Assembly: GCA_038087875.1 (NCBI GenBank)
Contig: CM075991.1
Coordinates: 6,448,001 to 6,512,000 of the forward strand
Source of the DNA: Malacoraja senta
Taxonomy: Eukaryota
Length of the DNA: 64,000 nt
Reading direction: 5' to 3'
Numbering within the stretch: position 1 is the first letter of the stretch; every line of letters begins with the position of its first letter. The translations under genes were made by a program, and so were the position numbers. Positions 27,071 through 40,448 of the stretch are shown here, piece by piece. The notes beneath the pieces were generated by a model, which searched no databases, was not told where the DNA came from, and saw nothing but the letters and a program-made list of their open reading frames with translations.

Positions 27071-27376
27071 GAGCGGCACGGTGGCGCAGCGGTAGAGTTG
27101 CTGCCCTCCAGCACCATAGACCAGGGTTTGATCCTGAATACGAGTACTGTCTGTATGGTGCTTGTATGTTCTCCCCGTGACCTGCATGGGTTTTCTCTGG
27201 GATCCCCGGTCTCCTCCCACACTCCAAAGACGGACAGATTTGTAAACTAATTGGCTTGGTAAAAATTGTAAGTTGTCCCTAGAGTGTGTAGGATAGTGTT
27301 AGTGCACAGGGATTGCTGGTCGGCACGGACTAGGTGGGCCGAAGGGCCTGTTTCCGCGCTGTATCTTTAAGCTAAA
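27071..27376 (+). mobile_element. HE1-like SINE
   Basis: gcggcacggtggcgcagcggtagagttgctgcc head. Confidence 0.85.
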
Positions 27377-28626
27377 CAAAAAGTTCAGACTGTATTTCCT
27401 GAGATTTACATTGAGTGGGTGATATGATTGTAGTATTCGGGTTTATAAAGAGAACTGTTGGAAAATGTAGGGAAATTATATTTGCAAGTTGGCTAATCTG
27501 GATTGAGAGGTGTTGTCTAAAGGTTGTGGGCAGGTTGTTCAGGCATGAAGCAGGAATTAATTTCAACACACAGAGAGGGTCAGAAATTTAGAATACTTTC
27601 CACAAGTCATGATTGATGTTGAGTTATTTGTTAGTAAAATCAGAGCTTCATAGATTTTTATGTGAATGTCAGAAGGTAAGTGGTAAAGGTGAACATGTGA
27701 AGTCGGGTCACAGGCTTTCCATAATCTTGTTAAAGGCAGGGCGTCTTTGAGGAGCTAAAGGCTTCTCCAACAAATGTTCGTATTGAAGGGATTACACAGA
27801 AGCAGAGGACTGAGGCCAACGTGCCGGCTGAAAAGTGTAAAAATTAAGTAGTCGTTGTAAAATAATGCAGAACAAATCAGTAAATAACAAGCTAGAGAGG
27901 TGACACAGCATGGGCTCACATGGTGTCCCGAGATTGGAACTAAAGCAGAAAATGTTGGAATCATTCACCAGTTCAGGTAGCGCCTATGGAAAGAGAAAGA
28001 TAATTAACTTTTCAGGTCAAGGAACCTTCGACAGACTGGGATCTTGTCCCAGATTTCAAACCTAACCTCGTTTGCGTCTCACTCCTGGTCAAGTCGATGC
28101 AGTCATTAGCCATATCATAGAGTGTAGAACGTGGTCAGACTCCACAAAATTCCTTCTAGTTCCCATGGTGTCTAATTGCAAAGCCTGGCTTCCCTGTTTC
28201 CCAAAGGAGCACTTCTTCTTGTCGGCTTCAGCAGTGTCTTGCACCTGGAGTCCTGGCTCTTTGCTGAACAGACCAACCCCAACGAAAAAAAAGCCTCAGT
28301 TCTCAGACAGCTGGATTCTCTGAAGCGGAACTGGTTTCATAAGAGATCTAACCAATGGTTCAACTCTTACTACAAAGAGCCAGAACATTTCAAGGCTGCT
28401 ATTATGTTTGGAAATCCAGCCCAGCCAGACTTTTGAGCCTATGATGTAATTTATTTCTCATTGACTTGCCAAAATTAGCTGGCACCATTTGGCTTTTGAC
28501 CCTCCTTTGCTGAAGGATTACTTATTCAGCCAAGAAAATCTCTTCTATCAGTTTGTAGCTGAACAGGTTTTGTTCGCCTTCTTCATGAGATGAAGAAGTT
28601 TCCTCCATTTTCATCTTCTTCTTCAT

Positions 28627-29172
28627 ATAAGACTTTGGTTAGGCTGCATTTGGAGTATTGCATGCAGTTTTGGTCGCCCCGTGACAGGAAGGCTTTGGCG
28701 AATGTGCAGAGGAGGTTTACCAGAGTGTTATCTGGATTAGAGGATCTCAACTTCAAGGTTGGATAAACTTGGATTGTCTTCTCTGGAATGTCAGGGGTTG
28801 AGGGGAGATTGATAGAAGTATCTGACATTATGGGAGGCATAGATCGGGTAGACAGTCAGAACGCTTTTCCCAGGGTGAAAATGTCCAACACTAGAGGACA
28901 TAGCTATAAGCTGGGAGGGAAACATTTAATGCAGATGTGTGGGGCAAGTTTTATACACAGAGTGTGATTGAGGCTTGGAATGCAATGTTAGGGGTGGTGG
29001 AGGCAGGAACAATAGTGGCGTATAAGAGGCTTTTAGATAGGCACATGGAAGTGCTAGGAAAAGAAGGATATGGACCATGTTCAGGCAGATGAAATCAGTT
29101 TAACTTGCATCATGTTTGACACAAACATTGTGGGCTGGACGGGTCTATTTCCATGCTGTACTGTTCTATGTT
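28627..29172 (+). mobile_element. Degenerate CR1-clade LINE 3' fragment
   Basis: tataagactttggttaggctgcatttggagtattgcatgcagttttgg (LVRxHLEYC-like) through the ctgtactgttctatgttc tail. Confidence 0.85.
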
Positions 29173-30550
29173 CCATGGTAAAAGATAACCAAGGAGTATT
29201 GGTATTGGCGCTTCCTTAACAAGGGTTGCGTATAGGATCATATAGTTACTGCTGATGGCTATGGACAACCTGGGAAACAAAAATGACCTAAGAAGCAATA
29301 TTGGTTAATATTTCCTGACAACTTGCTGATGTTGCGAACTGCTTGTTTTGACGACATACCACCAACAATTTGTTAGTTTGTTCATGATTTTATTTAACTT
29401 GTGTTCTGCTGACAACGCTGACATTGTGAGTGAATGAAACAACCCACTGGGGAACTCCGTGGGTCAGGTAGCATCAGGTAGCATGGACTCAGTGGGCTGA
29501 AGGGCCTGTTACTCGGCTGTATTTGTACGGTAACCTAAATGAGCAGACACCATTATTGGACAGGGGTAATTTCGGCTGAAATGCCATCCGTCCAGTTCCC
29601 TCCACAAATGCTGCCCGACCCATCACATTCCTCCAGCATTGTTTTTTGATCAAGAATCCAGCATCTGAAGTCTTTTGTGTCTCCGTTTTACTGATATTGT
29701 GAAGGTTGTTCTTCAAGATCTTGTCTGGATGAGCCCAGACACTGAGAAGTTTATGGAATAGACTCCTGTCTGTTACAGGCTCTGACACCTCAGTTGGATA
29801 CAAATCGGAGTCCAAAATCATACGTGAATGTTGGGTTGTATGTGTGTGGTGTGCTTATGTCTCATATTCTGGTCCCAAGCAATTATAAAGCACCAGATAG
29901 ATGCAAGCTTAACATAAATGTCTATTTTATATACATGCCTATAATGTACACATGTGGCGTGCTTGTACTTAACATGTGTGCACTTTCTGTGTATGTCTCA
30001 GTTTCATGGTCCTTAAATGTACTAACTACTGTATGCCATTGGCGATGTACCCATCTCCACTTTTTGGGTGGACCTCATGGTAACACCTTCAAGTACCCAT
30101 ATGTATTAAAATGATAAAATTGGGTTAACTTAGAGCTGTTAATGTTAGCATGTTTCAGCTGTAGGATTCATGTTTCTCCACATATATATATATTTTTAAA
30201 CTTTATCTTCCTCAATGTACATAGAACAAAGGACAATGAAAATATTGACAAGCGCATGAAAAATCCTTGGGCTCACGTATAATGCCATTATTCCATGGGA
30301 ATTGCGGACTGAGGAATTTATTGTTTTAAAAGCCATCAGTTTAAGCTAATGCCTTGAGAATGAAATCTTTGGGAATTTCTTCTAATCTGTTATTTCAGGG
30401 ATGCCATTGAGACGCTGTCAAAATACCCAGAGTTGCATGCAGCTAGCAGAGTGAACACATACAATGATAACCATTTATTCCAGGCTATAAGATCAATTGG
30501 TTGTGACTAATAACATTTAATTTGTGTAATTGTGCTTGGCTTTACAAAAG

Positions 30551-30632
30551 GGAACGAATACGCAAGGGACTGGAGGAGTTACAAATGGTGCAGCCAGGAG
30601 GAGATACCTACATGCACGAAGGCTTTGAACGG
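30551..30632 (+). CDS. ANTXR1: ANTXR1 coding exon 4 (82 nt): [27 protein letters not shown]; contains the MIDAS Thr
   Basis: Acceptor ttacaaaag, donor gtacag. GGDTYMHEG motif of ANTXR vWA domains; frame continuous with exons 3 and 5. Confidence 0.96.
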
Positions 30633-30812
30633 GTACAGTCTGCATTGAGCTTTGCTATTTGGAATTGTCAATATTATTCCTAGAAAACAGTATTTCCTGT
30701 CGGGAAATTCTACCCAATCTTGAAGTGGACCTTGTGGTGGTACTCGTTCCTCATCATTATAGAGTTTAATTTCCTGAAATCTTCTGCATCATATAAAAAG
30801 TTGGAACGTTAT

Positions 30813-31090
30813 GGTGTTGCTGCCTTGCAGCGCCAGAGACCCGGGTTCAATCCAGACTATGTGCTGTCTGTACAGAGTTTGTTCGTCCCTGTGACCGCGT
30901 GGGTTTTCTCCGGGTGTTCCGGTTTCCTCCCACAATCCAAGGATGTCCAGATTGTGGGTTAACTGACCTTGGTACAATTGTAACTTCTCCCTAGTGTGTA
31001 GGATAGTGCCAGTGTGCAGGGTGATCGCTGGTTAGTGTGGACTCAGTGGGCCGAAGGGCCTGTTTCCGCGTTGTTTCTCTAAAGTCTAAA
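30813..31090 (+). mobile_element. HE1-like SINE
   Basis: Same core and tail as the other copies. Confidence 0.8.
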
Positions 31091-31591
31091 TTCTAAAGTA
31101 TGTGCCTTTTGATCCTGAAACCTATTGCAGCTTTCACAATAGCCCTTTATTCGGAAATAATGGATAACGGAGAAGAGACAATAAGAACAGCGATCTTGGC
31201 GCATTTCTCAATGTTAGAGCTAAATTCATCTTCAGTTTGGGATTTAACAAAGTTACAGCTCCCGCCATTCTTGTGGTCATGCTACCACCAGGTCTGCTGC
31301 TTAGATTATTAGCCAGGTGTACCCGACTGTCCATCAGTCTGTAGAACACATGTACACACACACCCACAATGTGCAAAAGTGGCTCCTAAACACTGTATGA
31401 GAACAGTTCCATGGTGTATGTCCATGGACCACATCCCATCGACTTCACTTCTTGGGAAAGTGATTAATCTTGAAAGAACACCAATATGGTGTTCATTGGC
31501 AAAAATTGAGTTTGCATAGGTTCACAAGTATTTTCTTTCCATTCTGATCTTCTGTTGACCCTACTAATTTCACCATCTTGTTTTTTTTCAG

Positions 31592-31625
31592 GCAAGTGAG
31601 CAAATCTACTACTCAAGTACTGAAG
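31592..31625 (+). CDS. ANTXR1: ANTXR1 coding exon 5 (34 nt): ASEQIYYSSTE[G]
   Basis: Acceptor ttttttttcag, donor gtaaga. ASEQIYY matches ANTXR1. Confidence 0.95.
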
Positions 31626-32394
31626 GTAAGACCAGTTTCTCTGTTGGCATTCTTATTCTACACATGAGAATATTATTGAATAAAGACACAAATGCTGGAG
31701 TAACTCAGCGGGTCAGGCATCTCTAGAGAACATGAGATGCTGCCTGCCCTGCTGAGTTACTCCAGCACTTTGTGTCTATTCTTGTCTACTAGAATCTGCA
31801 TTTCCTTGTATCTACAATCTCACTGTACATATTGAATCAATTATTGTCACACTAGGGCATGTTGGTTGGCGTGGACAAGTTGGGCCAAAGGGCCTGTTTC
31901 CACACTGCACTGTGACTACGACATTATGGATCAGACTTGATAGTGAGCCATCAACCATGTCCTAGGTTCCAGTTGACCTACCTGAAAGATCAAGTAATCT
32001 GCCATTGAAGATTGATGTCGTTCTGAATATCATTTGGCAATCTGATCCTCGAGCAATATTAACTTAAAGAGAACCATCTACCAAACCTCCCCCCAAAAGG
32101 AGAGTAATTTGAACAATAGCCAGACCACAGCTTGAGCCTGTTGCAAAGCTGACTGTCGGTAGCAATGTGTGCAGCAGAATCACGTTAAGCACTATTGGAT
32201 GCTTTGCCATTCCCTAAGGAAATAGGTTGCAGATTTTACCAGTCAACGATTTCCAGAAGGCTTAAGTAATCCAAAGGTTAAAGCAAAAGAATGACTCTTC
32301 GATCTCGGCAGCTAAACGTGACCTTACATTTTTGTTTTGCACTTGACATGCCAGATAGGATTCGAAAAGTAACTGAGTACATTTCACTGCACAG

Positions 32395-32474
32395 GTTACA
32401 GGACGGCCAGTGTCATTATCGCTCTGACAGATGGCGAGCTGATGGAGAACCTTTTTTATTACGCGGAGCAAGAG
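32395..32474 (+). CDS. ANTXR1: ANTXR1 coding exon 6 (80 nt): [26 protein letters not shown]; contains the MIDAS Asp (LTDG)
   Basis: Acceptor cactgcacag, donor gtaagg. [15 protein letters not shown] matches ANTXR1. Confidence 0.97.
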
Positions 32475-33663
32475 GTAAGGAAGCTGTCAGACTCGGTGAG
32501 CAGGAGCTGATTGTGATGCATAGCGTTCTCCACTCTCCATCGGAGGCCTGCCAAGGAACTACGTGGAATTTTTAAAAAGAAACACGTGCGCTGAGATTGG
32601 GTCAAGGTACAAGCTGCACATGCCGGATAATCAAAGCAGTGCTGCTGGAATCTGCACATTTGCAAAGGAAATGACTCCATGGAGAGGGATATCTCTGATA
32701 CACGCACAGTCTTTCGGCCAAAGTAGGCGAATCGAGAACCAGAGGGCAAGGTGAGGGGAGGAAAGATTTAATAGGAACTTGAGGGGTAACATTTTTACAC
32801 AAAGGGTGGTGGGTGTATGGAACGAGCTGCCAGAGGAGGTAGTTGAGGCAGGTACTATCGTTTAAGAAGCATTTGGACAGGTACATGGATAGGACAGGTT
32901 TGGAAGGATTTGGCCCCATCCAGGCCTTTCACTATTCACTACGTTTCAATGAGGTTCCCCCTCATCCTTCTAAACTCCAGCAAGTTCAGGCCCAGTGCGT
33001 TCAAATGTCTATTCTATTGAATTTTTTCTTAACCCTGAAGTTGTGCATCAGCTCAATCCTTGACTTTTTGCCGAGATAAGGGGTCCAGTTTTAATTCACT
33101 GATTTTTCACATTTGGAATTTATGTAATTCAACATTTGTAACATTTTTAGCGCTGTATGCAACAGTGATAGTTGAGACATCTGCCATCAAAGATGATAAC
33201 TGATTAATTTATGGAAAACAATTGATAGAGGACATAAATTTAGAGTGAGAGGGGAAAGTTTTAATACGAATCTGAGGGACAACTTTTTCACACAGGGGGT
33301 GGTGGGTAGATAGAACGAGCTGCCAGAGGAGGTAGTTGAGGCAGATACTATAACAACATTTTAAAGACATTTGGACAAGTATATGGACAGGAAATGTTTA
33401 GATGGATATGGGACCAACGTGAATATGTGAGACTGGTGTAGATGGGGCATCTTGGTCGGCATGGGCAAGTTGGGCAGAAGGGCCAGTTTCTGTGTTATAT
33501 GACTAATTGAGAGGTGAAGGGAGTATTATCATTTCAATATGGTGTAGAACTCCAGAAGGAAAGAGGAATTAAGAGATTGTTACAATGTTCTTAGAACAAT
33601 GCTTAATTGCTTTCAATTATAATAGTCCTATCTTATCCTAGTAGACACCAATCACAGTATTAA

Positions 33664-33942
33664 GGGTGGCACAGTGGCGCAGCGGTAGAGTTGCTGCCTT
33701 ACAGCGCCAGAGACCTGGGTTCGATCCTGACAGCATGCTAACGGGTGCTATATGTACAGAATTTGTACATTCTCCCTGTGACCACGTGGGTTTTCTCTGG
33801 CTGCTCTGCTTTCCTCCCTCCTACCAAAGACGTGCAGGTTTGTAGGTTAATTGGCTTCTGTAAATTGTAGGATAGAACCGGTCGGCATGGACTCGGTGGG
33901 CCGAAGGGCCTGATTCCACGCTGTATCTCTAACTAAACTGAA
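33664..33942 (+). mobile_element. HE1-like SINE
   Basis: Same head, core and tail as the other copies. Confidence 0.85.
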
Positions 33943-33947
33943 CCTTA

Positions 33948-34320
33948 AGACTTGCATTTACAGAATACCATTAATTTTCTTTTCATCCTATACCACTTTC
34001 CTGCAAATGGATTGCAGTCACTGCTACAAAAATGTAGGAAATGCAGCAGCCATTTTGGCAAGAGCAAGCTCTCACAGATGACTGTCTGCTAATGACCAGA
34101 CCATCTGTTCGGAGGGATGTTGACTGAGGGATAAGTTTTGTTCAGGACATCAGGAGTAACTCTCCTGCATTTTTTTTCAAATAATGTAATGGAATCTGAA
34201 TCTTCTGAAAGAAAGCCTCATCCCACAAAAAGGTGGCATCTCTGACAATGCAGCAAACCATGAATTACCGGACTAGATTTTTGTACTGAGGTTCTTGAAT
34301 GGGATTTAATCTTTGGTGTA
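33948..34320 (-). mobile_element. Ancient DeuSINE (SacSINE1/AmnSINE-like) remnant
   Basis: cttgcattta..gtaggaaatgcagcagccattttg..ggtggcatctctgacaatgcagca resembles the recalled Deu-SINE reverse strand; a similar piece lies near 15150-15310 (+). Confidence 0.5.
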
Positions 34321-36233
34321 AAGGTAAAAGTGCGACACTGCATGTAAACAGATAGGAATGTGGCTTTCCGGCACCCTTGGTTCCAGAACCTTTCTAGATT
34401 ATCCGCTTTACGGAACTACAGAGATCATGGCCTTGGGAGGCCGAGATACCGGCCGCAAAGTCAGCTACAAAAGTTGGCTATGGGAACAGATCAGCCGGCT
34501 CCAGCTGGGACAGTAGATCAAGAGCCCCAGTCACAGGGGGCAAATCCGAAGATCGGTGCGGAAGTCCGAGTGTGGTTGAGATTGGCTGCCTCACCCAGCC
34601 GAGGTGCTCCATTTTCGGGGGGACCTCCAAGGATTTTGCAGACAGCTTGTGAGCAACTCATTGTTGAGATTTTGAACTAAAGTGGATAACTTCAAAGATA
34701 TGTAGATAAAATATGCTGGAGTAACTCAGCGGGTCTGGCGGCATCTCTGGAGAAAATGGATTGGTGACGTTTTGAATCGGGTCCCTTCTTTAGATTTATT
34801 TGGATAACTTCAATCCTGCCACATTATTGTGCATTTGCCAATTTCTTGCATATGTAATCATTTTGTCTATATTTCGTTGAAACCTGTTTCATCCTCTTCC
34901 CTACTCACAATCCTATCTGCTCAGAATGGCACTTTGGATACTTCTGAAGAAGCAAAAAATGCTGTTTCTTATGTGGCATGCCCCTCCACATATCCACAAT
35001 GTGGAACTCTGCAACAGATGGCTGTGGAGGCCAAGTCAGTGGACCGTCAGTGGATATTTTTAAGGCAGAGATAGACAAATTCTTGATTAGAACAGGTGTC
35101 AATTGTTATTGGGAGAAGGCAGGAAAATGGGATTAGGAGGCAGAGATCATCCATGATTGAATGGCGGAGTGGACTCGATGGGCCGAATGGCCTAATTCTA
35201 CTCCTATAACTTGTGAACTTGTGGATCTATCAACTCCTGTAAAAAATAAACCCTGTCTCTACACACTTTCTTTCTCTCTCTATCTATCTGCCTCTCGATT
35301 TCTTTCCTCTCCATTGTATTCTTCCTTCAGACGTATTTTCCCTTGGCACCACCACACCCTGCATTGAACTTCTCCACCGTTCAACCCTGTGCAGACCTTC
35401 CCTTTAGTTCTCTCAGGCCCTCACCATTTCTCTCCAACTCAACACTTAATGAAAGCACAACATTTGTCAGGGGGTTTTGGGACCTGCTTCAGATGTCCAG
35501 AACTTTTGGGATGTGGCGGTCCCTTGATATTTTCCTTGCCAGATAATACATCTGGCAATCAAACACCGTGATTAGTCAAGTAAATAGTTACTTAATAAAA
35601 GTTATACAACAGGCCATCTCAAATGTGTACATAAAAACGCAAAATCTTAAGTCCACAAGTTCACAACTTATAGACATGTATAATTAGGCCATTCGGCCAT
35701 CGAGTCTGCCATTCTGATCTCTGATGGCTGATCTCTGCCTCCTAATCCCATTTTCCTGCCTTCTCCCCATAACCCCTGACACCTCTACTCATCAGGAATC
35801 TATCTCTGCCTTAAATATATTTATTGACTTGGCTTCCACAGCCTTCTGTGGCAATTAATTTCATAGATTCAACGCCCTCCGACTAAAGTTTTCCTGATTT
35901 TTGTGCAGAATGTACGTTCCATTTTAATGTACAGTACATGCTTGAGTTGGCCTTTTCTATATCCGTCATAAAATAATTTACTTAATTCACTAGTCACAGT
36001 ATTTAATTTCCAGATGTTTTAGCTGGCAAGCAAAACATGAAGAAATTTGCCACAACCCAAAAATAATGGGCCGCTTAGCCAGCTCCCAAATCCCTAACAG
36101 GTTTGCTGGTGCCTTGAGCATTTTGCATGGCTGAATCATCAGCCTCATGAAACATTCCTCTAACATTGTGTATCAAATGATGGTCTAAATGCATGGGAGC
36201 AGCAGAAATTACTCCTGTACAGCAGTAGCGCAA

Positions 36234-36515
36234 GGGGTGGCACAGTGGTGGCAGCGGTAGAGCTGCTGCCTTACAGAGACCCGGGTTCCATCCTCATTAC
36301 GGCTCCTGTCTGTTTGGAGTTTGTACGTTCTCTCCCCGTGACCACATGAGTTTTTTTCCCCAATGGCTCCTGTTTCCTCCCACAATCCAAAGACGTGCAG
36401 GCTTGTAGGTTGTGGCTTCTGACATTGATCCTAGTATGTAGGATAGAACTATTGTATGGGTGATCACTGGTCAGCATGGATCCTGTGGGCCGAAGGGCCT
36501 GTTTACATGCTGTAG
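36234..36515 (+). mobile_element. HE1-like SINE
   Basis: Same head, core and tail as the other copies. Confidence 0.8.
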
Positions 36516-36881
36516 CTATAGATCAAGGAGGGGAACTGCCTATTAATGACTGGGTTCATAAATGCATTTTATTTCCATTCATCCTGCACTCTATAGTCAT
36601 AGGAGTATTATCTGGGACTTTCTAGCAAGTGATAAATAATTGCAGCATTTCATCTATAATAATAATTGAACAGCAAGAGAGAAGGGAAATTAATCATATC
36701 AGTTATGTTTGGATTGCAGAAGAAATGAGAAACTGGAGATTGCAATTTTTTTAAATAGCTAGTGAAAGTTTAATTGATTTAACTACATTTATTCAGAACA
36801 TTGCTACTGATAATAAAGTTCTGTGAGGTTGTGTCAACCTTAGAGCAGCTGGTCTATACTAGGGAAAACTGCAGCAGACAA

Positions 36882-37215
36882 GGGCAGCAGTGGCAGAGCG
36901 GTAGAGTTGCTGCCTTACAGTGCCAGAGACCTACGTTTGATCCTGACTACGGGTGCTGTCTGTTCGGAGTTTGTACGTTCTCCCCGTGACCTGCGTGGGT
37001 TTTCTCCGAGATCTTCGGTTTCCTCCCACACTCCAAAAATGTACAGGTTTGCAAGCTAATTGGCCCGGTAAAAACTGTAAATTGTCCCTAGTGTGTGTAC
37101 GATAGTGTTAGTGTGTGGGGATCGCTGGTCGGCACAGACTCTGTGGGTCGAAAAGCCTGTTTCTGTGCTGTATCTCTAAACTAAACTAAACTTAAACTAA
37201 GTTACTAAACTAAAC
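36882..37215 (+). mobile_element. HE1-like SINE
   Basis: Same head and core; long (ctaaa)n tail. Confidence 0.85.
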
Positions 37216-37371
37216 TTAGTTGCAAATATAGACACAAAGTGCTGGAGTTACTCAACAGGTGAGGCAGCCTGACCTGTTGAGTTCCTCCAGCACTTTGTTT
37301 CTATCTTTGGTATGAACCAGCATCTGCAGTTCCTTGTTTCTATAAGAGCTGCAAGAATAAGGTCATAGGGT

Positions 37372-37690
37372 CTCCCTCCTAACCCCATTCTCCTGCCTTC
37401 GCCCCATAACCTCTGACACCCGTACTGATCAAGAATCTATCTATCTCTGCCTTAAAAATATCCATTGATGGCCTCCACAGCCTTCTGTGGCAGAATTCAC
37501 AGATTCACCACACTCTTACTAAAGACATTTCTCCTCATCTCCTTCCTAAAAGAACGTCCTTTAATTCTGAGGCTATGACCTCTAGTCCTAGACACTCCCA
37601 CGAGTGGGAACATCCTCTCCACATCCACTCTATCCAAGCCTTTCACTATTCTATATGTTTCAATGAGGTCCCCCCTCATTCTTCTAAACT
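37372..37690 (-). mobile_element. CR1-clade LINE 3' fragment
   Basis: ORF 37497..37679 MRGDLIETYRIVKGLDRVDVERMFPLVGVSRTRGHSL. Confidence 0.85.
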
Positions 37691-37938
37691 CTGGGGATAC
37701 TGAAGATACCAGTACATCTGCCCTCAGTAACCTCAGCTGGACTACTGGAGCCTATAAGCCACTATAATTCCCATTCTGCAAGCAAAATCAATGGATGGCA
37801 TCCCGCAGTAAGGAACAAAAAAATCTGCAATGATTTCGCTATCCTGGACTTGCAGTCGGAAAGTATGGCACCAAATGTACACTCCAACATTTTACTTCCA
37901 ACCTTAACTCTCCCTATCGGTGAGATTATACATATATA

Positions 37939-38196
37939 AGGCCTGTCCCACTCGGCGATTTTTTTCGGCGATTTTTTCGGCGACTGCCGGCGTCTAATCA
38001 GTGTCGCCAAAAGATTTTGAACATTTCAAAATCCAGCGGAAATAAAAAAAATGCTGCGACACTTGAAAAAACACTGCGCGTCATACGTCATCACGCCGCA
38101 TCTCCGCTGCATCAGGCCTAAACATTTTCGGTGACCTGATACGTTAGTCAATGATGCCAGCAGTCGCTGAAAAAATCGCCAAGTGGGACAGGCCCT
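37939..38196. mobile_element. Harbinger/PIF-type MITE, subfamily C
   Basis: TIR aggcctgtcccactcggcgattttt / aaaaatcgccaagtgggacaggccct. Confidence 0.75.
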
Positions 38197-38892
38197 ATAG
38201 GACATAGAAAGGTACAGCACATGAACAGCTCCTTTGGCCTGAGATGTCAAAGTCGAACATAATGCCTACTTAAAATAATCCCTTCTGCCTGCATGTGGTC
38301 CATATCCCCTCCATTCCCAAGTCTCAACATTCTTCCTGCAGTGGGGTGTCTAGAACCGTGCACAAACCTCCACACGCAGCCTAACTAAACTCTATAAAAC
38401 TGCAATGTGACTCTCTGTCCTTTATACTCAATGTCCCTGCGATTTTCCTTTGGAAAGACGTTACTCTCTTGACATTCTGGTAACATATTGTGTTTTCTTT
38501 CAATTTTGTTGCAATTCTCTCTTGCGTCATTCAAAAGCTCCCAAGTCTGTCAAATGCCCGATTTAATTTGTTATTTATTTGACAACTGCGCCGATTCAAC
38601 TCCGCGGCAGGAGGTGAAGTTCTTTGTACATGTTCCATAAACCGGCGATCCCAGGGTGAATTTAGCCCATGAATTGAATGTTTTCCTTGGTTGACCCTTG
38701 GTCAGCTGGGCAGGCTAGAGATCACATCATTCCAGGGAAGCGGATGCTTGGTTGAATGTTGCAATGACATTTATGAGCCAAGGGTACTCATCCATCATAA
38801 TTCATCACTTCTCAGCATGAGTGTGTTTTCACTGTTGTTGGATCTCTTCTGAATTCTGTTGTTGCCTTGAGAATGGCAGCCGTTTCCATTTC

Positions 38893-39600
38893 TTAGTTTA
38901 GTTTAGAGATACAGCTCGGAAACAGGCCCTTCAGCCCACGGAGTCTCCGCCGACCTGCACATTAACACTACCCTTACACACACTGGAGACAACTTTTACA
39001 TTTACACCAAGGCAATTAACCTGCAAACCAGTACGTTTTTGGAGTGTCGGAGGAAAATGAAGATCTCAGAGTTAAGCCACGCAGGTCACTTGGAGAATGG
39101 CCATGTTGGCGCAGCGGTAGAATTGCTGCCTTACAATGCTTGCAGCGCCAGAGACCCAGGTTCAGTGTTGTCTGTACGGAGTTTGTACGTTCTCCCTGTG
39201 CCCGCATGGGTTTTCTCTGAGATCTTCGGTTTCCTCCCACATTCCAAAGACGTACAGGTTTGCAGGTTAATTGGATTGGTGTATGTGTAAATTGTGGAAA
39301 CAGGCCCTTCGACCCACCGAGTCCGCACCGACCAGCAATCCACCACATTAACACTACCCTACACACACTAGAGATAACTTACACTTATACCAATTGACCT
39401 ACAAACCTGCACGTCTTTGGAGTGTGGGTGGAAACCGAAGATCTCGGAGAAAACCCATACGGTCACTGGGAAAATTAACCTGCCAATCTGTACCTCTTTG
39501 GGACGTGGAGGAAACTGGAGCACCCGAGGGAAACCCGACTGGCCACAGGGAGAGGGGCGAACGCCACACATTCTTACTGGGAATCGTAAAGCTGTAGAGA
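38893..39600. mobile_element. Cluster of HE1-like SINE pieces in alternating orientation (-, +, -)
   Basis: Minus copy about 38893-39091, plus copy about 39105-39295, minus pieces about 39296-39600. Confidence 0.75.
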
Positions 39601-40379
39601 GCAGACAAACTGCTAGCTAATTACTGCCCTTAAGTTTAAGATTTAAAAATCCTTAGATTGTAACTGAAAGAAAAGACTGAGAGAGTCCCTATTTTAAATC
39701 CCTGGAATAGAATGGAAATTAAAAGTTAGTTTTAATTTTAGAGCAGTGAGTTCTTGGGAACAACCCAGAGCAGCAACACGTTTTCTACCTGTGTGCTCGA
39801 TTCCTCCAACATCCAACGATGTACTGGTTGCAAGTTATTTTTTTTAACCGTAGGTTACCCCTAGAGTAGATGCCTCATAGAGGGATTGGACACGAGTTGA
39901 TGGGCTTGATAGAAAGACGTGAGTGGGAAACAGATTGGGGGAAATGGAATTTTTGAGATCCAGCATAGACTCAGTGGGCAGAATGGCCTCTTTCTATGTC
40001 ATATGAGAACTATGAGGAAGTGGGCACAAGTAGTAGGCTTTCAATTTAAGAGATGGGAAAAATCCAGTTTTAAACGTTTAATAAAAATGAGTAGGATTAC
40101 AGGCCAATAATTAAGTGAAGAGATCCAGTGTAGATGGGGCATGTTGGTCCATGTGGGTGAGTTGGGCCAAAGGGCCTGTTTCTACACTGTTTGATTGTAT
40201 GATTCTAATTGCCGGTGCAAAATTAATATTCCTTTAGGGAGTGCTGTGTGCTATTTGAAGACCATGTAATCCCAATCATGCATAATTGGGGCAAAGAATA
40301 ATCAAGTTGCTGTTAAACTATTTGCCTGCATGTATCTGCACGTTGACTTATAACTCCCCTCCAATCTCTCTTTCCCCAG

Positions 40380-40448
40380 GCTAACCGGTCTCGAAATCTC
40401 GGGGCAACAGTCTACTGCGTTGGTGTCAAAGATTTCAATGAAACCCAG
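40380..40448 (+). CDS. ANTXR1: ANTXR1 coding exon 7 (69 nt): [23 protein letters not shown]
   Basis: Acceptor ctctttccccag, donor gtgcgt. Two N-glycosylation sequons (NRS, NET) as in ANTXR1. Confidence 0.97.

Noticed and set aside
27071..27145. tRNA genes
   Set aside because: The A/B-box sequences are SINE heads continuing into the HE1 body; no complete cloverleaf is evident.
34360..34680. GC-rich 106-aa ORF
   Set aside because: No recognisable domain or splice context; more likely a decayed repeat that I cannot classify.
37953..37985. CRISPR-like short direct repeats (tcggcgattttt)
   Set aside because: Subterminal repeats of a MITE in vertebrate DNA; no spacers and no cas genes.
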